Shown here: piece after piece, positions 1-9,700 of the stretch
Layout: each line of letters begins with the position of its first letter
Numbering within the stretch: position 1 is the first letter of the stretch
IMG/VR virus record: IMGVR_UViG_3300033141_002903
Location: 1-51,589 of that record
Strand: one strand, 5' to 3'
From: a virus
Lineage: Duplodnaviria > Caudoviricetes
Length of the DNA stretch: 51,589 bases
Made by a program: the position numbers and the translations under genes
Notes under the pieces: model-generated
Database searches by the model: none
What the model was told of the DNA's origin: nothing
Seen by the model: only the letters and a program-made list of their open reading frames with translations

Positions 1-114
1 TGTTGCTTCTCTTGGCTCAAGATATTACATGATTAATGATTCTTCTGGTATTGCTGATTATAAATTAACACAAACTACTGCATCTTCTGGAGCAGAGCAA
101 TCATTTAATAAATC
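1..114. repeat. Terminal direct repeat (circular assembly overlap), left copy
   Basis: Bases 1-114 are identical to 51476-51589. Confidence 0.97.
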
Positions 115-1144
115 TGGTTTATCTAATGATGACTACATACTTGGTTGGATTTCACCAAATCCAAATGAACCAAGCACATTAATTAAAGGAGTATATAGTT
201 GGAATATTTATGCTAAAAAAACAAGTGGAACAAAGGAGTTAAGGTTATATTGGAAATTAATAGAGAGACTATCAAATGGAACAGAAATTGTAATAGGAAC
301 ATCTGTTAATAGTAATGAGGTGTTAAATTATTATGAAGGAGATTCTGATTCTCACTGGGAAATCCCAACTAATTTGGAAGTATTATCAAGTCAATTTGTA
401 AATTTAGATGGTGATACTATGACTGGAGCATTAAATGTTTCATCTATTAATCCAGATAATTATGGTAATTTATTAATTGATTCAGGAACCTTTTTTATTG
501 ATTCTTCAAATAATAGGATTGGTATAGGAACAATAAATCCAAATCTTGGGAAAGTTCAAATAAATGGAAGTGTAAATGGAATTAGTTTATATGCAGAGCA
601 TAATATTTCAGCAGAAGATTATCTATATCATTCTCCTTTCCCTGATGAAAGCTACACAGATGAACAAGCACTTTTAGATTTAATTAAAATTAAGTCTGAT
701 GGAAAGGGGAAATTAAATCACTCTACAATTCCTTTTAATGCAAGAGTGAATATGATTAAGCCAATTTATAAAGATAAAGTAATTCAATATGAAGATTCTG
801 AGGAAATTTGCGAAGAAGTTCCATACAATATCACAGAAGACAATCAAACAATAACAGAGTATAAGTCAGTATGTCATATTGAAACAAGGGTTAAGAATAA
901 AACAATTCAAGAGAAAATAGGAGAAATAGAAGAGCCACAGACATCAGTAGGAATGATGCTTGGAAATATAATCAAATCAATTAGAAGAATATTTGAATGG
1001 AATACTCAACAAGACGAGAAACTAACCCAATTAGAAAACGAAGTAACAATTTTAAGAGCAGAAAATCAATTAATTAAACAAGAGCTTTGCAATAAGGATA
1101 ATACATATTCCTTTTGCATACAGGAGATAGAGATATTAAAATGA
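29..1144 (+). CDS. 3' part of the origin-spanning fibre-like protein, with a C-terminal chaperone-like/coiled-coil region
   Basis: GDTMTG and NRIGIGTINP motifs typical of tail-fibre-like proteins; C-terminal coiled coil; continues the ORF from 50715. Confidence 0.7.
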   Translation: MINDSSGIADYKLTQTTASSGAEQSFNKSGLSNDDYILGWISPNPNEPSTLIKGVYSWNIYAKKTSGTKELRLYWKLIERLSNGTEIVIGTSVNSNEVLNYYEGDSDSHWEIPTNLEVLSSQFVNLDGDTMTGALNVSSINPDNYGNLLIDSGTFFIDSSNNRIGIGTINPNLGKVQINGSVNGISLYAEHNISAEDYLYHSPFPDESYTDEQALLDLIKIKSDGKGKLNHSTIPFNARVNMIKPIYKDKVIQYEDSEEICEEVPYNITEDNQTITEYKSVCHIETRVKNKTIQEKIGEIEEPQTSVGMMLGNIIKSIRRIFEWNTQQDEKLTQLENEVTILRAENQLIKQELCNKDNTYSFCIQEIEILK

Positions 1145-1578
1145 ATTTAGATAAGACAAAAGTTGGATTAATAGGATTAATTACTCTCTTAGGAGTTCTT
1201 GGGGGAAACATATATCTTAGTCAAGACCAATTAGATAACGCCTATTATTGTACTGCAACAGAGGAAATAGGAATATTCTATGGTGGCATAAGTTCAACTG
1301 GTTTAACAGCCTACCCTTATGAGGAAAATCGTTCAGGTTATGTTAGGTGCCAAAAAGCTGGAATAAAAGGAGTATGGATACCACTACAAGAATATGCTAA
1401 AGAAAATAACATTGAGATATTTAAAATAATTAATAATGATACAAAAACATATATAGAAAACGCAACAAAAATCGTTACAATAGAATATCCTAATGGTAAA
1501 ATCTATGAATGTTATTTCCATAACGAATACGATAATAATACAATTAAATCAACTTCTGAATGCGTGTTAATAACATAA
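1141..1578 (+). CDS. Hypothetical secreted or membrane-anchored protein
   Basis: Start MNLDK overlaps the upstream stop (ATGA); hydrophobic N-terminus VGLIGLITLLGVLGG; several Cys. Confidence 0.65.
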   Translation: MNLDKTKVGLIGLITLLGVLGGNIYLSQDQLDNAYYCTATEEIGIFYGGISSTGLTAYPYEENRSGYVRCQKAGIKGVWIPLQEYAKENNIEIFKIINNDTKTYIENATKIVTIEYPNGKIYECYFHNEYDNNTIKSTSECVLIT

Positions 1579-1579
1579 G

Positions 1580-2188
1580 ATGGTAACTGAAAATTATAAT
1601 GGTTCTGATTGTACTGGAAATAGTGGAGATAAAAATAGGGTTTTGACATTGAATAATACTAGTGAGACAAGTTCATCTGGTTTTTTTGTGTATGTTTCTG
1701 GTTTATTACTTATAATTGATTCTGATTATACTGTCACTCACAATGAAACTGGAACAAAGGTAACCTTCCTCAATCCAATATGGGATGATATGCCAATAGT
1801 AGTTGTTTATGAAACAACAACTGCGTCTGGTACGGGCTCTAGTGTTAATCAGAACATTGTAGATAGGGCTATATCCAAATATGGGGAAAGTGCTACACTT
1901 ATAGTTGCGAGTCAAACAACATATTCTGACTATGGTGATTTTTCTCAGACAACATCAAGTTCTACAATAACAGTGGTTCATAATGACATTCAGGGAGATG
2001 AAGAGTTCAATAAGGATGGGAGATATAGACCTGGAGATAAAGTGTTTTTCGCTAAATCAGATGTTTCTGGATTGGCTGTCTCAAATAGAATAAAATTCAA
2101 CGGAGCAACATATGAAATTAAAGATGTTATAACACACCATATTCAAGGAAAAGATATGGTTCATGAAGTAAGATGTGGAAGAATATAA
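1580..2188 (+). CDS. Putative head-closure/head-tail joining protein with an extra N-terminal domain
   Basis: Position in the neck module; C-terminal 'GDKVFF...RIKFNGATYEIKDV' resembles head-closure proteins. Confidence 0.55.
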   Translation: MVTENYNGSDCTGNSGDKNRVLTLNNTSETSSSGFFVYVSGLLLIIDSDYTVTHNETGTKVTFLNPIWDDMPIVVVYETTTASGTGSSVNQNIVDRAISKYGESATLIVASQTTYSDYGDFSQTTSSSTITVVHNDIQGDEEFNKDGRYRPGDKVFFAKSDVSGLAVSNRIKFNGATYEIKDVITHHIQGKDMVHEVRCGRI

Positions 2189-2208
2189 TAATGTTTATAA
2201 ACTTATAA
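2184..2208 (+). promoter_or_regulatory. Late-promoter-like motif TATAATAATRTTTATAAACTT (third copy)
   Basis: One mismatch to the copy at 46380; contains an archaeal TATA-like TTTATAAA. Confidence 0.55.
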
Positions 2209-2251
2209 ACTTATATAAAGTAGTCAAGAGACAATATCTCAGGAGAGAATC

Positions 2252-2731
2252 ATGGCAGGAGCTGTAACAAAAAGCGAATTAGATAGTAGTATATGGCAGA
2301 ATTTTTATGATGTTTTAGTTAATGATGTAGTTGGTAAAAGCATAACTGACGCACATGGAAATACCCATACTCTTTCTAGGGCAACAAATTCTTTTCCAGA
2401 TACACAAATAGATAATAAATCAACTTACCCTATTTTAGTAATAGAATCTCCTGATTTATCAAGCGAATCATTCACCTTAGATAAAGAACAAATAAATGGA
2501 ACAATTACAATAGAAATATATTCTACAAGTTCTGAGGTTGCAAGTAAATTTTTTAATAAAATACTCGACTCAATTGAAACAAGCAAACCAGAATTTTCAG
2601 ATAATAATATTCACAACATTAAGATAGATTCTACTGACTCTGTTCATGTTCAAAGAAATCAAATTAAAGTTCATGTTAGAAGCGTAACATATAGTTTTGT
2701 TACAAGATACACTAAAACAGGTGGGCATTAA
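2252..2731 (+). CDS. Putative tail terminator/completion protein
   Basis: Synteny; 'YPILVI...ITIEIYS' pattern; AGGAG upstream. Confidence 0.55.
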   Translation: MAGAVTKSELDSSIWQNFYDVLVNDVVGKSITDAHGNTHTLSRATNSFPDTQIDNKSTYPILVIESPDLSSESFTLDKEQINGTITIEIYSTSSEVASKFFNKILDSIETSKPEFSDNNIHNIKIDSTDSVHVQRNQIKVHVRSVTYSFVTRYTKTGGH

Positions 2732-2732
2732 A

Positions 2733-3185
2733 ATGATACAAATTAAATTAATCGGAGGGAAAAGAGTAAGCAGAATGATGTTAAATTTAGGACCAGAATT
2801 AAATAAGATGATGAATAAGGCTGGTTTGGAATTTCTTAAATCTGTTAGACGTGGTGCAATGATTATGGCTCCAAAATTAACTGGTAATTTGTCAAATAGT
2901 ATAGTTATTAGAAAGAAACAAAATAAATATGTTTTTGCTGTTGAAAGTCCTTATGGTAGGTATGTTGAAATGGGATACAGACCACACCTTGTTAGTAGTT
3001 CTGCTTATGCTTATCCTGGAAAGACAATAGCACAAGTTTATGGTATACCAGAAGGAGTAACTTTGTTAGTTAGTGGTTCTAGGAGACCACATTTTGTTAG
3101 AGATGCTTTTCAAAATGCAATCGCTAGATTGCCACAGATAATTGAAAGGAGGGCTAAACAAGCAATACAAAATTCTAAAAAATGA
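2733..3185 (+). CDS. HK97 gp10-like neck/tail-completion protein
   Basis: 'APKLTGNLSNSI...PYGRYVEMG...PHFVRDAF' motifs; likely start MIQIK at 2733. Confidence 0.75.
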   Translation: MIQIKLIGGKRVSRMMLNLGPELNKMMNKAGLEFLKSVRRGAMIMAPKLTGNLSNSIVIRKKQNKYVFAVESPYGRYVEMGYRPHLVSSSAYAYPGKTIAQVYGIPEGVTLLVSGSRRPHFVRDAFQNAIARLPQIIERRAKQAIQNSKK

Positions 3186-3394
3186 GATTAAGAAATAAGA
3201 CAAAATCACCGAAGGAATTGAGAATTAAAGGGAAAGTTGTAGTGGTTAAGCCAAAGGAAATAATTGAAGCAGAAAAAGTTGTATATGATTCACGTTCATT
3301 CGAAAAGGTGGAAAAGAAAAGTGTCATTAGTAGGCACAAGAAAAGCAGTACCAGGTTACCTGGGAAGTTAATTAAAAAGGAGAAAATAAATTAA
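3182..3394 (+). CDS. Small basic hypothetical protein
   Basis: Coupled ORF within the operon. Confidence 0.6.
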   Translation: MRLRNKTKSPKELRIKGKVVVVKPKEIIEAEKVVYDSRSFEKVEKKSVISRHKKSSTRLPGKLIKKEKIN

Positions 3395-3395
3395 G

Positions 3396-3968
3396 ATGGC
3401 TTATGACACTTTTGGTGAAGGTTCCACATATCTGAGCATCGCTAAAAAAAACGGAAGTGATATTAATTTCAAAGCAATAATAGAGACTATTGATATCTCT
3501 GGTGGTGCAAAAGGATTTGATTCAATTGCAACAATCGCTGGTGGTAGATTGAAAAAACATACTCCTCAAGAAGACATAGAGATAACTCTTGAAGGATATG
3601 CTGTTGAAGTTGGAAGCACTAGCACTACTGGAAATGGTTTCTATGACTTGATGCATTCTCAAGATACAACTCAGCCACTTAGCATTAGCACAGATTACTC
3701 AAGAAATGAATATAGAATGGTTATTCTTGCTACAGACAATACAAGTCAGACAGATGCTGTTAGTGCTACAAGTAGTGGTGATGACGCTATGAGATATGTA
3801 TTCCAAAACGGACATTTCACTAACGTTACAGCAAGTTTTACAGATGGTGTGTGGAAATTTAGTATAACCTATAAAGTTACACCTTTTGATAAAAATAAAA
3901 ACTCAAATGTGACATACGAATCTACTGATGGTTCAACTATATTGACTGCGGTTGATTCATATACATAA
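3396..3968 (+). CDS. Putative major tail tube protein
   Basis: 190 aa, Thr/Ser/Gly-rich, located upstream of the chaperone and tape-measure genes; AGGAG upstream. Confidence 0.65.
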   Translation: MAYDTFGEGSTYLSIAKKNGSDINFKAIIETIDISGGAKGFDSIATIAGGRLKKHTPQEDIEITLEGYAVEVGSTSTTGNGFYDLMHSQDTTQPLSISTDYSRNEYRMVILATDNTSQTDAVSATSSGDDAMRYVFQNGHFTNVTASFTDGVWKFSITYKVTPFDKNKNSNVTYESTDGSTILTAVDSYT

Positions 3969-3969
3969 A

Positions 3970-4272
3970 ATGAGTGAGATAAAAGATAGGATTGAAATTA
4001 GAGGGCTCGTAGTTAGCAGAATTCCTAGCTGGGCTAAGACTTACATAAAACAAAGAGCAAAAGAGGAATTCTGCGATGACTATGGAGCTCTTATTTCTTA
4101 TTTGATAAGGCAAGTAGAAGAATATGAGCTATTTAAATCAAAATTTCTAAATTCAGAGTTAATGATACAAATAGTTAATAATCCACAAAATGAAAAAACT
4201 GATGCTGGGGTACCCAGGTCTATTTGTGGAGAACCAATTAAATTTGGAGGTAAGAATGGGAAAGATAGATAA
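3970..4272 (+). CDS. Hypothetical protein, possibly ribbon-helix-helix-like
   Basis: Strand-helix-helix pattern 'LVVSRIPSWAKTYIKQRA...YGALISYLI'. Confidence 0.45.
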   Translation: MSEIKDRIEIRGLVVSRIPSWAKTYIKQRAKEEFCDDYGALISYLIRQVEEYELFKSKFLNSELMIQIVNNPQNEKTDAGVPRSICGEPIKFGGKNGKDR

Positions 4273-4585
4273 ATTTTTAGCCAAACCTGTTGAAGTAAGT
4301 ATTGGTGGAGAAAGGTTTTCCATTAGACCATTTACTGTTGAGGATATACCAATGCTTAATAGGATGGGTTCTAAAGATGTTTCAGTAAGTTCTGAGGCAA
4401 TCCAAGAAGCAGTATTCAAGGTTTGCAAACAAATTGACCCTGAGTGTACAAGAGAGCAGGTAAATAACATCTCTGTAGAACACCTTGAAGACTTTTTGAA
4501 CGCTATTGGAAAAGCCAATAATATGGATATTGGTGAAGCAAAGGCTAAATTATTGAAAGAAAATGAATCCATTACAAGAGCTTAA
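4256..4585 (+). CDS. Putative tail assembly chaperone
   Basis: 'VEVSIGGERFSIRPFTVED' pattern; GGAGG before the ATG at 4256; synteny. Confidence 0.65.
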   Translation: MGKIDKFLAKPVEVSIGGERFSIRPFTVEDIPMLNRMGSKDVSVSSEAIQEAVFKVCKQIDPECTREQVNNISVEHLEDFLNAIGKANNMDIGEAKAKLLKENESITRA

Positions 4586-4766
4586 AAGGATTGTAAAAGG
4601 GGACAATAATGAAGATGAACTTATTGAAACTTTTTATGTTTTAATGAAAACTTTTGGTTATACTCTGGATGAGCTTAAGAAAATACCTATACCAACCTTT
4701 AATTTATTGGTTAGAATGATAAATAAAGAAGAACAATTAAATAGGAAGGCTATAAGAAAGAGATAA
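4563..4766 (+). CDS. Second tail-assembly-chaperone-like ORF
   Basis: 'FGYTLDELKKIPIPTF' pattern directly before the tape measure. Confidence 0.6.
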   Translation: MNPLQELKRIVKGDNNEDELIETFYVLMKTFGYTLDELKKIPIPTFNLLVRMINKEEQLNRKAIRKR

Positions 4767-6265
4767 TGGCAATTCAATTAAATAATATTGTGAAAATAAC
4801 CACATTGTATAAGGCAATAGGTTTGGAAAAATTTAGTCGTGAAGCTCGTAAGGTTAGTGAAGCTATTACTAGAAAACAAAGGGCTATGCAGGATGCTACA
4901 AAAGGGGGTAGGAGATATAGGGAAACAATTGAAAACAACAGAATCGCACAAAAAGGATACTTTGATGTTATGAGAATGGATAGTGAGACGTTTGGGAAGT
5001 ATATCAGACAGAATAGAAAATTTGAAACAATAGGTGAAAGAATTGCTGGAACATTAAGGAGAATAACTCACGGTGCAGAGGGTTTTAGGATGGAAATACT
5101 TGGTATAATGTTCTTTGGGATGACATTAAATAGAACGCTTATGGGTCTAATTAAAACGTCTATGGATTGGATGGGTGTAACAGAAATATTTACACAGACA
5201 CTTGGAATTTTGTTTCTACCTGTTGCTGAACTTCTTTTAGATTGGTCATTGTATTTCCTTAAAGCAGTTACAAATCTTACAGATAAACAGAAAAAATGGA
5301 TTGGTATGTTGGTTTTGGGTGGTGCCATTCTTGGTGGATTCATTATGGTTGTTGGAACATTAGCATTAGGTATAGGTTCATTAATTATGGCTTTCGGTGC
5401 ATTGGCAACACCAATTATGTTGTTTTTTGGATTAATAGCTGGAATATCAGGATATTTCTTATTTAATGCTTGGTTAAAAAATTCAGCAGAGAATGTTGAT
5501 AAATTAAGAGAGGAAATGGTTAATTTTGGTGTATCTGGTGAAATGTTTGATTTAGTTAAAGAAAAATTAATTGGATTTGCTAACATTATTAGAGATAAAT
5601 TTATTGATATTAAAAGTAAGATTGGTGAATTTATAGGTGAAGTATTGCCAAAGATGATAGAATCTGGTGGAGATATTATTATGAGTTTAGTTAATGGTAT
5701 AGCAGCAAATGCTAATAAAATAAGTGAAGCTATTAAAAAGCTAATAAATAAAATTATATCTTGGATAGATGAAAATCTTGATTTAATAATAGATTCTGGA
5801 TTAAAGATACTTCAAGCAATAGTTGATGGTATTAGTGAAAATGTAGATAAAATTGGGTCTGCATTACAGAAATTATTAGAAAGAATGGGAACATGGGTTG
5901 GAGAGAATTCTGATAAAATTATAAATATCGGATTAACAATAGCTGGTTATATTATTGAGGGTGTTATTAATGGTCTTGGTAATCTTGGTGAGATTGTTGG
6001 AGAAAAAATCAGGAATGTAATAAATACTCAACTTGGAATAGAAGAAGGTTCTAGGTTAGAGTCTTTTATATGGGGACCAAAAATAGAGAAACCAGAAGTT
6101 ATAAAAAATCCTCTCCCTGGAACAGTTATTAGTACTCCTTATGGTGGTATGTCCATTGCTACCACTTATAATGTAAATGTATCAGATAAGAGGGATTTTA
6201 TTAGATGGCTTGAAGAAAGGGATAGGCAGTGGGTATTTGATGTTCAAAGGAGTGTAAGAACATAA
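4766..6265 (+). CDS. Tape measure protein
   Basis: 499 aa, helical, hydrophobic central segments, amphipathic repeats, canonical position. Confidence 0.8.
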   Translation: MAIQLNNIVKITTLYKAIGLEKFSREARKVSEAITRKQRAMQDATKGGRRYRETIENNRIAQKGYFDVMRMDSETFGKYIRQNRKFETIGERIAGTLRRITHGAEGFRMEILGIMFFGMTLNRTLMGLIKTSMDWMGVTEIFTQTLGILFLPVAELLLDWSLYFLKAVTNLTDKQKKWIGMLVLGGAILGGFIMVVGTLALGIGSLIMAFGALATPIMLFFGLIAGISGYFLFNAWLKNSAENVDKLREEMVNFGVSGEMFDLVKEKLIGFANIIRDKFIDIKSKIGEFIGEVLPKMIESGGDIIMSLVNGIAANANKISEAIKKLINKIISWIDENLDLIIDSGLKILQAIVDGISENVDKIGSALQKLLERMGTWVGENSDKIINIGLTIAGYIIEGVINGLGNLGEIVGEKIRNVINTQLGIEEGSRLESFIWGPKIEKPEVIKNPLPGTVISTPYGGMSIATTYNVNVSDKRDFIRWLEERDRQWVFDVQRSVRT

Positions 6266-6266
6266 A

Positions 6267-6755
6267 ATGACAAATGAAATAACAATCAGCAAGGGAAGTT
6301 ATCAAGTAACGCTTTATGGTGTTAATATTGCAGAGAATTATTCGAATAAAATATTTGTTATAACACCAGCAACATCCATAGCAAATCAGTCTAGTGGTGG
6401 AGAAAAATCTAAAATTGTAGATTTATTGAGAATAACACACCAAATAGTTATAAAAGGATATATTTGTGGAAGCGATACTTCAGATTCACAACCAGCTAAA
6501 CTCAATGGAGTTGCACAAAATTTAACTGCAAAACAAGTTAAAAATTATCTTGTAAAGATATTTGATGGGGGAGGTATCTCTGGGGGAACAGCAACATTAA
6601 CATTCGACCCTGGTGGAAGCGAGGAGGAATCATTTAACGGATATATTGAAAAATTAACCTTTGTAGAAGTATCAGAGGATGCTCCATCCTCATCAATTAA
6701 AGATGCTGCAAGATACGAGGTTGCATTAACATTTGTTGAAGGTATTCAAGTTTAA
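6267..6755 (+). CDS. Putative distal tail (Dit-like) protein
   Basis: Follows the tape measure; C-terminal 'YEVALTFVE'. Confidence 0.5.
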   Translation: MTNEITISKGSYQVTLYGVNIAENYSNKIFVITPATSIANQSSGGEKSKIVDLLRITHQIVIKGYICGSDTSDSQPAKLNGVAQNLTAKQVKNYLVKIFDGGGISGGTATLTFDPGGSEEESFNGYIEKLTFVEVSEDAPSSSIKDAARYEVALTFVEGIQV

Positions 6756-6756
6756 A

Positions 6757-9700
6757 ATGACAAGAAAAATATATGCCGAGAGTGTTAAAAAATGGGCAAA
6801 AGGTTCTGGAATTGTAGGGGGGACTTTAATTGGAATAATATTTATATATCTTTATACCACGGGGGCAATTAGTAATGTAAGTTATTCTGGAGATGTTATT
6901 TGTGCAGGAACAATTGAAGACCCTTGTTATGCTTATATTAACTTCACTGCAAATGAGGATATTTTTATTTATCCAACAGATTATGACCCATGGGGGAGAA
7001 ATACAATTTTTAATTTTGACCCAGCAATTAAATCTTGGAAATTAGAAAGAAGTTGGGGAAATGGTTGGCGAGAAATTCCATTAAATAAATCTTGTACAGG
7101 AACATGGTGTGGATTAAGTAATTCACAAGACGAAAGAAAGTTTAGTGTAGCATTTAGGGAAGGTAGAAATTATTCTTTAAGGATTACTGCCTATAAAAAC
7201 AATCCAAATGACGACATTAAATGGGGTGCTTTTTCAGGAGTTGATAAGATAGACCCTATTTTTTATGGGATAGAAAAATATAAAATTTATAATTCAGAAT
7301 TGAAAGAAGTTACAATAAGGGACAAGAATGTTAAAGAACTTGTAAAAATAAAACTTCTTACTCCTTTAAATAACTATGTTGGAAGAGGTTATCAAAAAGT
7401 TGCTGAATATGAAGTTAATTCTAAAAAAGAATTAAAGATTCTCGTTTCTAATATTGAATTATATGATAAAAATGATGGGATGAACCCAATAATCAGGCCT
7501 ATTGATTTTAAAATAAAAGGAATTGAACAAGTTGAGGTTAATGATTATGCAAGGGTTTGTGAGGAAATTTGGAATGATACAATAAATAATAATACCTTAA
7601 CTTGCACACAAAAATTAATTGGAAGTCATTATGAAGAGAGAATTATTTGGACAGATTTAAATAAAGTTGATTTTAAGGAAAATGAGAGTATAATTGTTGG
7701 TTTATTTACAAATGTTAAAAAAGGTGATAAAATTGAGTGGATTCCAACATTCCAAATAGGAAGTAAAGGTTTTAAAATTGAAGAATGGGCGACTTGGACA
7801 GAGGATTTAAATGCTGGTCTAGTAGCCTATTATAAATTAGATGAAACAACAGGAGATGTAATAGATGCAACAGGAAAATACAACGGAATTAATTATGGAG
7901 CAACAAGAGGTGTAACTGGGAAAATAAATAATGCTTATAGTTTTGACGGCTCAAATGATTACACAAACCATAGCAATCCAGCAGGATTACAATTAACAGA
8001 TTATTTTACTTTCAACGCATGGGTATATTGGGGCGGGGCAGGAAGTGCAAATCAAGATGTTATATTTTCAAGGTGGGAAAATTCAAATGAAAAATCTTAT
8101 GTATTTAATCTTAATAAAGATACAGGGAATTTACAGGCATATTTATCAAGTGATGGAACCACCACATCTTTTCCAGGGAAATGTAATACATCGTTTCCAA
8201 CTAATCAGTGGGCTATGGCTACAATAACTTACAATAAAACAGCTGGAGAAGTTATATTTTATATGAATGGTCAAAAATATAACACAGAATTTTTCAGTTC
8301 AAGTTTATATGTCGGAAATAGCAACTTCTTCTTAGGAAGATTCTATAATTCAGAATTTTTTAAGGGAACAATAGATGAAATTGGTATTTGGAATAGAACA
8401 TTAAATGATAGCGAAATTGTAGATTTATATAATGGAGGAGCAGGAATTACATGGACAGTTAATTATGCTCCAAACTCCCCAATTTTAAATGCTCCTTTAG
8501 ATGATGCAACAGGAGTTTCATTAAATCCTATATTAAATGTAACAGTTTCAGATCCAGATGGGGATGTAATGAATGTAACTTTTATTAAAAATTTAGACAA
8601 TTCAGTAATTTGCACAAATAATTCAATCTCAAATAATACTGTTGTAACTTGCACTTGGAGTGGATTAAGTGAATTAACTGATTATCAATGGTATGTTAAT
8701 GTTACAGATGGTTCATTGACAACTCAAAGTGATTTTTGGAATTTTACAACAGGAGATTTTACTAATCCAAAGTGGGAGCAAAACAAGACAAATATAACTA
8801 CAAAAACAGATTATTTAGATTCAGTTTATTTTAATATAACCTTAAATGATAGTAGTGCAGACTATTATATTTTTAGGTGGTATAATGGAACCGCTTGGGT
8901 AAATGACTCAGCAGTTAGTTATACAGACGGAGAGGAAGTTTCAGTAATAAAAACAATTAATGTTCTTTCGGATTCTTTTCAAATAAACTGGACATTCTAT
9001 TTTAACGACACATTTGGAAATTCTAATCAGTCAGATGAATGGAGTGTATCAATTGATAATTATAATCCAAGAATAGAATTCATTTCTCCGACATTAAGTA
9101 ATAATTCTGTAAAAGATAGAAATTGGATTTATGTTAATGTTTCAGTCACAGAAGCAAATTTTAGAGACATAGTTTTTAATCTTTATTGGAGCAACCAAAC
9201 AATCCTTAATTCAACAAATTACACATCAGGAATTTATGAAATAAATTGGACAGGATTATCTTACGGAAAATATTATTATAATGTTACAGTTTATGATACT
9301 TATTCACATTCAAATTCAACAGAAACAAGAATTCTTTATTTGTCAGATTTGAATTTATCTCTTGAAGGATTATACTCAAACATCAGCGTCGAGCTTAACA
9401 CACCGATAGATATTGTTGCTAATTCTTCAGTGGACTTTGGAGATATTTTTATTGACATAGTTTATCCTGGATACGGAATAAATTATACAAATGGAAGTTG
9501 GGGGGTCAGTTTAATCGATTTCTTAGTTTCTTATTTTAGAAAAAATGTATTAGCTGATGGTTCTACTAGCAAATTATTTAGTTTTTCTGGACTTTATGTT
9601 AATGATACTGGTTTGAAGATAAGTTCACATCAATATGACGAGGTTGTTGGTTTAAAATTGAACATAAGCTCGAATGATTCAGTTATTGACCCTGTTTTTT

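Noticed and set aside
1-114. 114-bp terminal repeat as a biological DTR
   Set aside because: It falls in the middle of a gene and the ORF reads through it, so it is best explained as assembler overlap of a circular or permuted genome.
4540-4600. Programmed frameshift between the tail chaperone ORFs
   Set aside because: No clear XXXYYYZ slippery site in the overlap, and the second ORF has its own ATG.
5068-5586. Antisense ORFs such as 5068..5586, 15386..15895, 42007..42558 and 47257..47655
   Set aside because: They are shadow frames opposite well-supported genes.
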